Shown: positions 39,027-47,974 of the stretch, piece after piece
Position numbering within the stretch: the stretch's first letter is position 1
How the letters are laid out: each line of letters starts with the position of its first letter
Source: Eubacterium sp.
GTDB lineage: Bacteria; Bacillota; Clostridia; Oscillospirales; Acutalibacteraceae
Assembly: GCA_017446095.1 (NCBI GenBank)
Contig: JAFSRN010000003.1
Location: forward strand, 109,958-173,957
Direction of reading: 5' to 3'
DNA: 64,000 nt
The notes under the pieces: generated by a model
What the model saw: only the letters and a program-made list of their open reading frames with translations
The model's database searches: none
Told to the model about the DNA's origin: nothing
Position numbers and translations under genes: made by a program

Positions 39027-41069
39027 ATGAGCAATATTAAAAACATCACCGTTGTAGGTCACGCTTCCAAAGGTAAGACCACTCTGTGTGAAGCAATGTT
39101 AAACGTTGCAGGCGTTACCGAAAGAATGGGTAAAATCGCCGACGGCAACACTGTGTCCGACTGCGACGCCGAGGAAAAAAAGAGGGGCGTTAGTATCTCC
39201 TCATCAGTTCTTCAGTTCGCATACAAAAACAGCAAAATCAACGTAATCGACACCCCGGGTCTTTTTGACTTTGCAATCGGTTCGTGTGAAGGTCTGCGTG
39301 CTGCAGATACCGCTATCGTAGTTGTATCCTCACGTTCAGGCATCGCTGCTGGTGCTGAAAAAGCGTTTAAAAATGCAGGCAAAAAGGGTATGGCAAGAAT
39401 GATTGTCACCACCAAGATGGACGACGAGCGCGCTGACTTCTACAAAGCATTTAACGGTCTTGTAGCAAAGTTCGGCACATCCATGTGTCCTGTAGTAGTT
39501 CCTGTTGTAAGCGGCGGCAAGGTTGCAGGTTACTACAATATGCTTGAAGATAAGGCTTACAGCTATAACGGCATCAAGGCTGCGCCTGCTGACATCTCTC
39601 ACGATGACGAGAGCAGATTTGAAGCTATTAAGGAAGTATTTAACGAGGCTGTTGCAGGTACTGACGACGAGCTTATGGAAAAATACTTTGACGGCGAGCC
39701 GCTTACTAAAGAAGAGAAGATTAAGGGTATCTCTATCGGACTTGCAGACGGTTCTATCGTACCCGTATTCGCACTTTCAGGCGCAACGGGCGAGGCTGTT
39801 GACCAGCTTCTCGACTTCGTTATGAACTGCGCACCTTCACCAAAGGCAGAGTACGCTACAGACAGTAACGACGAGCCTGTAGAACTCGCTGTTGACGCAT
39901 CCGCACCGCTTGCAGCAGTTTGCTTTAAGTCAATTGCTGACCCGTTTATCGGCAAACTCAACTTCTTCAAGGTTATCCGCGGTACTCTTACACAGGGTAT
40001 GACTGTTGTTAACTCACGCACAGGCGATGAGGAAAGAGTCGGCAAGCTTGTTAATATGCTCGGCGCAAAGCAGACAGACGTTAAGGACTGCCAGGCTGGC
40101 GACATCTGCGCTATTGCTAAACTTTCCACCTTCAAGACGGGCGACACAATGTGCGCACAGGGCAACGTTGTTTCGCTTAATAAGGTTGACATTCCGTACG
40201 CTTCCTACTCAATGGCTATCGTTCCCGAGAAGAAGGGCGATGAGGAAAAGATTTCCAACGCTGTTAACAGACTTATGGAAGAGGATCCGTCAATCACATT
40301 TGTATCCAATACAGAAACACATCAGACTATCCTTTCAGGTCTCGGCGAGCAGCAGCTTGACGTTGTTCTTTCCAAGATGAAAGATAAGTATAAGGTTAGC
40401 GCAAATCTTATTCAGCCCAAGGTTGCATACCGCGAAACTATTTCCAAAAAGGTTTCCACACAGGGCAGACATAAAAAGCAGTCCGGCGGTCACGGTCAGT
40501 TTGGTGACGTATTCATCGAATTTGAGCCTTGCGACAGCGACGAGCTTGAATTTGCTGAGAGAATCGTCGGCGGTTCCGTACCGAAGAACTTCTTCCCGGC
40601 AGTAGAAAAAGGTTTGCGCGAATCTATGGAAAAGGGCGTGCTTGCAGGCTACCCGATGGTTGGCGTTAAGGCTACTCTTTTCGACGGTTCGTACCACCCG
40701 GTTGACTCAAGCGAAATGAGCTTTAAGATGGCTGCGTCGCTTGCATTCAAAAACGGTATTCCGCAGGCCGGTCCCGTTCTTCTTGAACCAATCGTTACGC
40801 TTAATGCAATCTGTAACGACGACGCAATGGGCGACGTTATCGGCGATATCAACAAGCGCCGCGGCAGAGTGCTCGGTATGAATCCTACAGGCGACGGCAT
40901 GCAGGAGATTATTGCAGAAGTTCCCCAGGCTGAAATGACTACATTCTCAACTTCAATGCGTCAGATGACCCAGGGCAGAGGATCGTTCACAACCGAGTTT
41001 GCAAGATATGAAAGATGCCCGGAGCATATCACTCAAAAGGTAATTGAGGACGCTGCTAACGAGGAATAA
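39027..41069 (+). CDS. Elongation factor G-like protein (EF-G2 type)
   Basis: GHASKGKTT, DTPG, TKMD, KKQSGGHGQFG, SYHPVDSSEMSF, five-domain length. Confidence 0.9.
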   Translation: MSNIKNITVVGHASKGKTTLCEAMLNVAGVTERMGKIADGNTVSDCDAEEKKRGVSISSSVLQFAYKNSKINVIDTPGLFDFAIGSCEGLRAADTAIVVVSSRSGIAAGAEKAFKNAGKKGMARMIVTTKMDDERADFYKAFNGLVAKFGTSMCPVVVPVVSGGKVAGYYNMLEDKAYSYNGIKAAPADISHDDESRFEAIKEVFNEAVAGTDDELMEKYFDGEPLTKEEKIKGISIGLADGSIVPVFALSGATGEAVDQLLDFVMNCAPSPKAEYATDSNDEPVELAVDASAPLAAVCFKSIADPFIGKLNFFKVIRGTLTQGMTVVNSRTGDEERVGKLVNMLGAKQTDVKDCQAGDICAIAKLSTFKTGDTMCAQGNVVSLNKVDIPYASYSMAIVPEKKGDEEKISNAVNRLMEEDPSITFVSNTETHQTILSGLGEQQLDVVLSKMKDKYKVSANLIQPKVAYRETISKKVSTQGRHKKQSGGHGQFGDVFIEFEPCDSDELEFAERIVGGSVPKNFFPAVEKGLRESMEKGVLAGYPMVGVKATLFDGSYHPVDSSEMSFKMAASLAFKNGIPQAGPVLLEPIVTLNAICNDDAMGDVIGDINKRRGRVLGMNPTGDGMQEIIAEVPQAEMTTFSTSMRQMTQGRGSFTTEFARYERCPEHITQKVIEDAANEE

Positions 41070-41073
41070 TAGT

Positions 41074-41742
41074 ATGAAAATCGTTCAACGAATCAAGAAA
41101 ATATCCATTGTATCAATGATACTTGCGTTCATTTTCGGTGCAATATTTATCGCATTTCCGGCAGCGGTTATGAAGTATATGTCGCTGTTCCTCGGCGCGG
41201 CTATGATAGTTATAGGCGCAGTTGCAATTATTAACTATCTGCGTGAGCGAACGGGCGCGTTCATCTTCGTGTCAGGACTGTTCTTCATAATACTCGGAAT
41301 AGTCGTCTGCACGCAGTACGAGATGATAATTAAGTTCATCGTCGTAATGCTCGGCGTGTTCCTGCTTACTTCGGGAATATTCAACATTTACACCGCAATA
41401 AAGGTTATTGCAACCACGTTTATGGGATGGGTTACGCTGTTCCTGTCAGTTGCAACGGCGGTGCTCGGCGTAATTGCGATTACAAAAGCTACCGATTTTT
41501 CAGAAGGCGCAGTTGTGCTTATAGGTGTTTCGCTTATAGTTTACGCTCTGCTTGAGCTGCTTGCCTACATTCAGGTTAAAACGCTGTTCAAGGACGTAAG
41601 GGACACTGTTAACGAAACGGCGGCAGAAGTTCGCAAGGCGGTGGATTCCGTCAGCGATTTTGAGGAAACGTTTAACTCAATTAATTCCGACAACAGCATT
41701 GACACAACGGGTACTATCGTTGAGGACGATGACGAAGAATAA
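41074..41742 (+). CDS. HdeD/DUF308-like membrane protein
   Basis: Six TM helices in 3x2 repeat pattern, acidic tail; start at ATG 41074. Confidence 0.65.
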   Translation: MKIVQRIKKISIVSMILAFIFGAIFIAFPAAVMKYMSLFLGAAMIVIGAVAIINYLRERTGAFIFVSGLFFIILGIVVCTQYEMIIKFIVVMLGVFLLTSGIFNIYTAIKVIATTFMGWVTLFLSVATAVLGVIAITKATDFSEGAVVLIGVSLIVYALLELLAYIQVKTLFKDVRDTVNETAAEVRKAVDSVSDFEETFNSINSDNSIDTTGTIVEDDDEE

Positions 41743-41757
41743 TCAATATTAATAACT

Positions 41758-41808
41758 AATCACCTCACTTTTTCATAGAATGAACTATGATTAGTGAGGT
41801 GGTTTTTT
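41758..41808 (+). promoter_or_regulatory. Long hairpin that pairs the downstream RBS and ends in a T-run; contains a sigmaE/K-like CATAgaaT
   Basis: aatcacctcact pairs with agtgaggtggtt; inner catag/ctatg. Confidence 0.5.
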
Positions 41809-42025
41809 GTTATATATAGTAAAAGTCGGCACAATTACAAATGCACAGCGCGCAAAGTACGCGCTTAAAAGCAAGGGATACAAGGTTAACATCACGCGCA
41901 TAGCTAAGCCAAAAAGCGGCGACGGCTGCGGTTACGCGCTTGAGATAGTGTGCAGCGATGTTGACGATGCTGTTAAGATAATTGAAAACGAAAATATCAT
42001 GGTGCGCGGGGTAGCAGAGTTATGA
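41807..42025 (+). CDS. DUF3343-family small protein (putative S/Se carrier)
   Basis: 72 aa, T.AQRAK..L, GCGYALEI; TTG start after GAGGTG. Confidence 0.7.
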   Translation: MLYIVKVGTITNAQRAKYALKSKGYKVNITRIAKPKSGDGCGYALEIVCSDVDDAVKIIENENIMVRGVAEL

Positions 42026-43137
42026 TTTACTTTGACAACAGCGCAACATCTTACCCAAAGCCGCTCGGCGTTTACCTTAAAGCGATCGAAGCGCAGTTTT
42101 TGTACTCGTTTAACAGCGGACGAGGCGGGTACTCGCAGTGTATCCGCGCAGGCGAAAAGATATATGAGGTGCGTGAAAAGGCGGCGCGTATGTTTAACCT
42201 TGAAGCAAGCGGCGTGGTGTTTACCAAAAACTGCACGGAAGCGCTGAACATTGCAATTAAAGGCTCTGTAAAACAGGGCGACCACATCCTGATGTCCTCG
42301 CTTGAACACAACAGCGTGAGCAGGGTTGTGAACAATCTCGGCAACGAGTATGATATATTTGACTACGATAATAACGACGACAAAACTGTTGAGTCGCTTA
42401 CCGCAAAAATAAAAGAGAACACACGCGTTGTTGTGTGTACTCATGCAAGTAACGTTTTCGGCTGCGTGTTGCCTATACGCAGAATCGGTGCAATCTGCAA
42501 AAGCAGGGGAATCACTTTTATCGTGGACGCGGCGCAGACCGCAGGCACGCTCGGCATAGATATGCAGCAGGATAATATTGACATCCTTTGCACGGCAGGA
42601 CACAAGGGGCTAATTGGGACAATGGGTACGGGGCTGCTTATGCTAAAAAATGCCGATATCAAGCCGCTTTTGTACGGCGGCACAGGCAGCAACTCGTTTG
42701 ATTTAACGCAGCCTACCGATAAACCCGAGGGCTTTGAGGCAGGCACGCTCAACAACGGCGGTATTCTGTCGCTCGGGGCAGGCATTGATTATATAAACAA
42801 CAACGGCATAAGCAACATCTGTAATCACGAAATGGAACTTTGCAAATACCTTTACGGCGAACTTGAGTCAAATCCTGATGTTACGCTCTACACGCCTCAG
42901 CCTGAAAACGGCAAATCCGTTGCAATTATATCCTTCAACTTCGCTGATTATGCGAGCGAAAAAACAGCCGCCATCCTTGCGGATAACGGCATTTGCACGC
43001 GTGCAGGCTACCACTGCGCACCGCTTGCGCATAAGCACTTCGGCACAGCAGAACGCGGCACAGTTCGCATAAGCCTCGGCGCTTTCAACAAGCCCGAGCA
43101 GTGCGTTAAACTTGTTGAAACACTGAACAGCATATAA
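42022..43137 (+). CDS. Cysteine desulfurase/selenocysteine lyase family aminotransferase class V
   Basis: IYFDNSATSYPKP, LEHNSV, HASNVFG, DAAQTAG, GHKGL, RAGYHCAP. Confidence 0.9.
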   Translation: MIYFDNSATSYPKPLGVYLKAIEAQFLYSFNSGRGGYSQCIRAGEKIYEVREKAARMFNLEASGVVFTKNCTEALNIAIKGSVKQGDHILMSSLEHNSVSRVVNNLGNEYDIFDYDNNDDKTVESLTAKIKENTRVVVCTHASNVFGCVLPIRRIGAICKSRGITFIVDAAQTAGTLGIDMQQDNIDILCTAGHKGLIGTMGTGLLMLKNADIKPLLYGGTGSNSFDLTQPTDKPEGFEAGTLNNGGILSLGAGIDYINNNGISNICNHEMELCKYLYGELESNPDVTLYTPQPENGKSVAIISFNFADYASEKTAAILADNGICTRAGYHCAPLAHKHFGTAERGTVRISLGAFNKPEQCVKLVETLNSI

Positions 43138-43138
43138 A

Positions 43139-43164
43139 GTAGGGGAGGGTTTCACAACCCTCCC
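43139..43164 (+). repeat. GTAG-type REP palindrome
   Basis: GTAGGGGAGGGTTTCACAACCCTCCC, stem GGGAGGGTT/AACCCTCCC. Confidence 0.7.
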
Positions 43165-43173
43165 TAAATGACA

Positions 43174-44058
43174 CTATTTAATATTTGATGCAAGGTAGGC
43201 TGCGCCGAGAAGCGCCGCTTCGTTGCCGAGTTTGGAACGAACTATGTTAACGTTCCTGTAGTTATCCATAAGCCTGTTGTAAATCTTGCGGTCAATCAGG
43301 TCAATAATATAATCCTCGTTCATAATGCCGCCGCCAAGTACGATAAGCGGTGGGTTGAAGGTGTAGATAATATTGATAAGACCAACAATGATTTCGTCAA
43401 CCCACTTATCGATTTCCGAGCGGATTTCAGGTCTTTCAAAATTCTTTTTTTCAAAAATCTGGAAGGCGTCAAGCGGATCCTTAACAACTCTGTTAACCGA
43501 GCTTACAAGCGCGCTTGCGGACGCGTAGCACTCGTAGCAGCCCTCGCCGCCGCAGTTACACTGCTTGCCGCCTGCGTGAGTTACCATATGGCCGAGTTCG
43601 CCTGCAGATGAGCCCGAGCCCTTATAAAGACCGCCGTTGATGTACAGCGCGCCGCCGATGCCGTTACCGTAAGTCAGCGAAATAAAGTCCGTCTGACCTT
43701 TTGCTGCACCGAAAACAGCTTCACCCATAGCTTCTGCGTTAACGTTATTCTCAACAAAAGTCGGGATGCCCGTTTTATTTTCAATCAGGCGCTTAACCAT
43801 CATACCCGTGTAGTAGGGAATTTTGCCGGTTGAGTAAACAACAATACCGTTTTCGCTGTCCACCTGACCTGCGGTGGAAACTGCCACGCGGTCTATATCC
43901 TTGTAATCCTCAATAATACCGATAATGCGCTCAATCAGTTCCTGACCGCCGCGCTGTGCTTCGGTAGGGATTTTATGCGTTTCAAGCAGTCTGAACTTAC
44001 TGTCTACAACACCGTATTTAATAAAGTCGCCGCCGATATCAAAAGTTAGAATTTTCAT
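43174..44058 (-). CDS. ROK-family protein (no HTH), degenerate kinase motifs
   Basis: FDIGGDFIKYG, STAGQVD, ENNVNAEA, GNGIGG, GELGH, CNCGGEGCYE. Confidence 0.88.
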   Translation of the reverse strand: MKILTFDIGGDFIKYGVVDSKFRLLETHKIPTEAQRGGQELIERIIGIIEDYKDIDRVAVSTAGQVDSENGIVVYSTGKIPYYTGMMVKRLIENKTGIPTFVENNVNAEAMGEAVFGAAKGQTDFISLTYGNGIGGALYINGGLYKGSGSSAGELGHMVTHAGGKQCNCGGEGCYECYASASALVSSVNRVVKDPLDAFQIFEKKNFERPEIRSEIDKWVDEIIVGLINIIYTFNPPLIVLGGGIMNEDYIIDLIDRKIYNRLMDNYRNVNIVRSKLGNEAALLGAAYLASNIK

Positions 44059-44184
44059 AGTGCGCCTCCGCAACATTTAGTATACCTTAATTATAGCAAG
44101 AGATTATCAAAAATTCAATATAATATTGAAAAGAGTGTAAAAATATGTTATATTTAGTTTATCTTATAATAAAAGGTGATTACT

Positions 44185-44991
44185 ATGAGTGATGAATTGA
44201 AAGAAAAAGTTGAAAACAGCGGCGAAGTTAACGAGAACGAGGGCGTTAATATCCTCGACCTTGCCGACGAAGAACCTGCTGAAACTCCCGTTGAGGAAGT
44301 TATAGAGGAAAACGAAGCGCAGGACGAGCCGTCCGACGAGCTTGATAATCCGCTTGTTGTACATAAAAAAAGTGATTCTTCCTACCTCACTCAGCCTGAT
44401 GTTGACGATGAGGAAGACGAGGACGATGATGACGGCGAAGTAACGCTCAAGCGCCACAGATACAGAAAAGAAAAGAAGAAAGGCGGCAAGGGCGTGCTTA
44501 TCTGGGCACTCATTTTTGCTGCTGTTGCAGTGATTGCTGCGCTGTATTTTACAGGCAATCTCTCATTCTCACCGCAAAACACCACCACACAAAAGGCGGA
44601 AGTTACAGACGAGGATGAGGAATCTACCACAACGCTGCAGGACAAGTACAAGGGCACAATCGTTGTTAAGGGTACTTATCTCTTTGTAGACGGTGAAGAG
44701 GTTGACGGTATTGAAGGACTGCAGAGCGCGCTTGAATACGAGGATAAGAGCACAACGGCTTACATTATTATTGACGAGGGTGCGAATAAAGACTTCTTAA
44801 ACTACGATGTGCTTGATATACTCACACAGCTCGGCTTCTACGATAAGCAAACCAAGATTGAGCATCTTGCTTCCACAGGCCTTGTTGCCGCGGCGGAGAC
44901 TACTACGCTGCCGCCTGAAACCACTACAAAGGCAACAACCAAAAAGGCTGCAGATAAGAAGCAGGAAACCACTACCAAAAAAGCAGAATAA
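44185..44991 (+). CDS. Hypothetical single-pass membrane protein (acidic N-terminus, Thr/Lys-rich C-terminus)
   Basis: D/E-rich N-terminus, basic patch plus one TM, TTT-rich linkers. Confidence 0.75.
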   Translation: MSDELKEKVENSGEVNENEGVNILDLADEEPAETPVEEVIEENEAQDEPSDELDNPLVVHKKSDSSYLTQPDVDDEEDEDDDDGEVTLKRHRYRKEKKKGGKGVLIWALIFAAVAVIAALYFTGNLSFSPQNTTTQKAEVTDEDEESTTTLQDKYKGTIVVKGTYLFVDGEEVDGIEGLQSALEYEDKSTTAYIIIDEGANKDFLNYDVLDILTQLGFYDKQTKIEHLASTGLVAAAETTTLPPETTTKATTKKAADKKQETTTKKAE

Positions 44992-44998
44992 TCATTGC

Positions 44999-45024
44999 GG
45001 GCGGGTTGCAAAACCCGCCCCTAC
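44999..45024 (-). repeat. GTAG-type REP palindrome
   Basis: Minus strand reads GTAGGGGCGGGTTTTGCAACCCGCCC. Confidence 0.7.
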
Positions 45025-45040
45025 AAATTGAGGTGTCATT

Positions 45041-46387
45041 ATGAAGCAAAAGAAATTCGGCGCGCTCGGCGGCAGAATGTGGACTTCCGTAATCCTGTTC
45101 GGACTCATCGGGCAGATTGCGTGGGTTGTGGAGAATATGTATTTTTCGCGCTTTATGCAAAACGAGATTACTCGTGCGCCGTATGCCACAACGCTTATGG
45201 TCGCTTTTTCGGCGATATTTGCAACGCTGTCAACGCTTATCGGCGGCGCGCTGTGCGACAGAAGCGGCAAGCGTAAAATATTCGTCAGCGCAGGCTACAT
45301 CGTCTGGGGATTTACAATTATGATGTTTGCCCTTGTGCCGATGAAACCTGACGGCAGCAAGGTTCTGCCGATGGTTATACTTGTTGTTGCGATGGATTGT
45401 GTTATGTCGATTATCGGCTCAATAAGCAACGACGCAGCGTTCAACACCTGGGTTACCGATATTTCAAACACCGCAAACCGTGCAAGGGTGGACACCGTGC
45501 TTGCAGTTATGCCGCTGTTCGCGCTTGCAGTAGTGTTCGGCGGATTTGACAGTATGACTAATGCAGACGCAACGCAGGCAGACTGGAAGAAGTTTTTTAT
45601 TTGCCTTGGTTTGATTACCACATTCGGCGGTCTGTGTGGACTGTTTTTGATGAAGGATAAGCCGGGCATTAAACCAAATAAAGAGAACGCATTTGTTTCC
45701 GACTTCATCTACTCGCTCAAACCGTCAGTTATTAAGCAGAACAAGATGCTTTACTGGTGCCTCGGCGGATTTATGATTGCCGCAATTGCTTACCAGGTGT
45801 ATGTAAACTACCTGTTCAACATTGTTGAAGGCACGATGAAGATTGAAAACTACATTATCCCCATTGGCATCATTATGCTTGTGTCGGCTGTCGGCTCGGT
45901 TATTGTGTCAAGCCTTATGGACAAGTACGGCAAGCGCAATTTCTATTATCCCGTTATCGCCGTGGGAATAGTCGGCAGTGTTGTAATCTGGGCGTCAAAG
46001 TTCTTTATTGGCAAAAACCAGACCACGCTGATGTTGCTGCTGATTATCGGCGGAATAATGACAATCGGCGTTAACCTTGTAATGTCGGGGCTGTTCACGG
46101 CTTCATACCGCGACTACATACCCGAGGGTAAGGAAGGTCTTTTCCAGGGCTGCCGCATGGTAATGTATGTGCTTGTGCCTATGATAATCGGACCGCTTGT
46201 ATCGCAGTTCATAATAAATATGGCAAACAGGGGAGTTACCAATGATAACGACATTGTTTACCCGATGGAACTGTTTTTAGGCGCGGCAGTTGTGATGGCG
46301 TTTTGCTTTATCCCTGCAAAAATTGTGCGCGATAACGAGAAAGAACATCACGAAGAATTGCTGAAAAATATCGAAATTGATAAATAA
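45041..46387 (+). CDS. MFS transporter
   Basis: 12 TM; GGALCDRSGKRK and SLMDKYGKR motif A. Confidence 0.9.
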   Translation: MKQKKFGALGGRMWTSVILFGLIGQIAWVVENMYFSRFMQNEITRAPYATTLMVAFSAIFATLSTLIGGALCDRSGKRKIFVSAGYIVWGFTIMMFALVPMKPDGSKVLPMVILVVAMDCVMSIIGSISNDAAFNTWVTDISNTANRARVDTVLAVMPLFALAVVFGGFDSMTNADATQADWKKFFICLGLITTFGGLCGLFLMKDKPGIKPNKENAFVSDFIYSLKPSVIKQNKMLYWCLGGFMIAAIAYQVYVNYLFNIVEGTMKIENYIIPIGIIMLVSAVGSVIVSSLMDKYGKRNFYYPVIAVGIVGSVVIWASKFFIGKNQTTLMLLLIIGGIMTIGVNLVMSGLFTASYRDYIPEGKEGLFQGCRMVMYVLVPMIIGPLVSQFIINMANRGVTNDNDIVYPMELFLGAAVVMAFCFIPAKIVRDNEKEHHEELLKNIEIDK

Positions 46388-46395
46388 TACAACCT

Positions 46396-46432
46396 TAACC
46401 GCAGTTATTTAAACGTAATTGCGGTTATTTTT
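46396..46432 (+). terminator. Intrinsic terminator after MFS gene
   Basis: taaccgcagtta...taattgcggtta followed by T-run. Confidence 0.65.
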
Positions 46433-46463
46433 ATACAATATTTTTTATATGTCTATATGCCTA

Positions 46464-46492
46464 TTGTGGTATTGTACAAATTATGCTATAAT
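46464..46492 (+). promoter_or_regulatory. Extended -10 promoter of glpA-like operon
   Basis: TTGTGG-17 bp-TGcTATAAT. Confidence 0.55.
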
Positions 46493-46539
46493 AAGTGCAT
46501 TAAATATGTTCAAATTAACAAAACGAAAGGGGCAATTCT

Positions 46540-47970
46540 ATGTATGATGTTATAATTATCGGCTGCGGTATTATGGGTGCGGCGAGCGCCTACTACCTCA
46601 GCAGATATAATCTGCGTGTTGCTGTGCTTGAAATGCACAACGACGTGTGCTGCGAAACCACAAGGGCTAACAGCGCAATTATCCATGCCGGCTACGACCC
46701 GAAGCCCGGCACAAAGCTTGCAACGTACAATGTGCGCGGCAACGAGCTTGCAAAAGAGATTTGCGAAAAGCTTGATGTCGCATACAATCAGATTGGTTCG
46801 CTTGTAGTTGCGTTCAGCGAAAGCGAGATGGAACACGTTAAGGAACTCTATGAGCGCGGCGTTACAAACAACGTACCGGGTGTGCGCATTGTTGATCAGG
46901 CAGAGCTGCGCGAGATGGAACCGAACATTGCAGATAACGCACTCGGTGCGCTTTATGCGCCGTCTGCCGCAATAGTTAACCCGTGGGAATACGGCATTGC
47001 CATGGCGGAAACCGCTGTTAATAACGGTGCGGAGATTTTTCTTAACACCAAGGTTACCGACATTAAGAAGGACGGCGAATACTGGTGCCTTATCACAAAT
47101 AACGGCGAGTACAAGGCGAAGTACGTTATCAATGCTACAGGCGTTTACAGCGACGATATTCACAATATGGTAGCAGAGCCGTCGTTCAAAATTACGCCGA
47201 GCGCAGGCGAGTACTATCTGCTTGATAAGGTTGAGGGTACGCGCGTTAACCACGTTGTTTTCCAGTGTCCTAACGAGCTTGGCAAGGGCGTTCTTGTTGC
47301 GCCGACAGTGCACGGCAACCTGATTGTAGGACCTAACGCAATTCCGTCTGCAAAGGACGACACCTCAACAAAAACCGCGTCGCTTGACTTTGTACGCGAA
47401 AAGGCGCTTAAGTCGATCCCGTCAATCAACTTCCGCGAGAATATACGCAATTTCACAGGCGTGCGCGCAAATACCGATACTGAAGATTTTATAATCGATT
47501 TTGCAGCAGACAACTTTGTTGACCTTGCAGGTATTAAGTCGCCCGGACTTTCCGCTGCGCCTGCTATTGCGCAGGAGGTTATCCTTATGCTTGCGGAAAA
47601 GGGTATGCCGCTTAACGAAAAAATCGGCTTTATCGACAAGCGCGAGCACATCCGCTTTAAGCACCTTACAGAGGAAGAAAAGAACAAGCTTATCGCTAAA
47701 AACGCCGCTTACGGACGCGTTGTCTGCAGGTGCGAAACGATTACCGAGGGCGAGATTATTGAGGCGTGCAAATCACCGATTCCACCTGTTTCGCTTGACG
47801 GCATCAAGCGCCGTGCAGGCACGGGTATGGGCAGATGCCAGGGCGGCTTCTGCGGCCCCAAGGTGCTTGAGATTATGGCGAATTATTACGAAATCCCGTT
47901 TGAAGATATTATTCAGGACGACACAGGAAGTTACATCCTGACGGGCGAAACAAAGGCAAGGAGGGACTGA
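46540..47970 (+). CDS. FAD-dependent glycerol-3-phosphate dehydrogenase-like (GlpA type) with BFD-like [2Fe-2S]
   Basis: IGCGIMG, TTRANSAIIHAGYD, GIKSPGLSAAPA, VCRCE...RAGTGMGRCQGGFC. Confidence 0.85.
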   Translation: MYDVIIIGCGIMGAASAYYLSRYNLRVAVLEMHNDVCCETTRANSAIIHAGYDPKPGTKLATYNVRGNELAKEICEKLDVAYNQIGSLVVAFSESEMEHVKELYERGVTNNVPGVRIVDQAELREMEPNIADNALGALYAPSAAIVNPWEYGIAMAETAVNNGAEIFLNTKVTDIKKDGEYWCLITNNGEYKAKYVINATGVYSDDIHNMVAEPSFKITPSAGEYYLLDKVEGTRVNHVVFQCPNELGKGVLVAPTVHGNLIVGPNAIPSAKDDTSTKTASLDFVREKALKSIPSINFRENIRNFTGVRANTDTEDFIIDFAADNFVDLAGIKSPGLSAAPAIAQEVILMLAEKGMPLNEKIGFIDKREHIRFKHLTEEEKNKLIAKNAAYGRVVCRCETITEGEIIEACKSPIPPVSLDGIKRRAGTGMGRCQGGFCGPKVLEIMANYYEIPFEDIIQDDTGSYILTGETKARRD

Positions 47971-47974
47971 AGTT

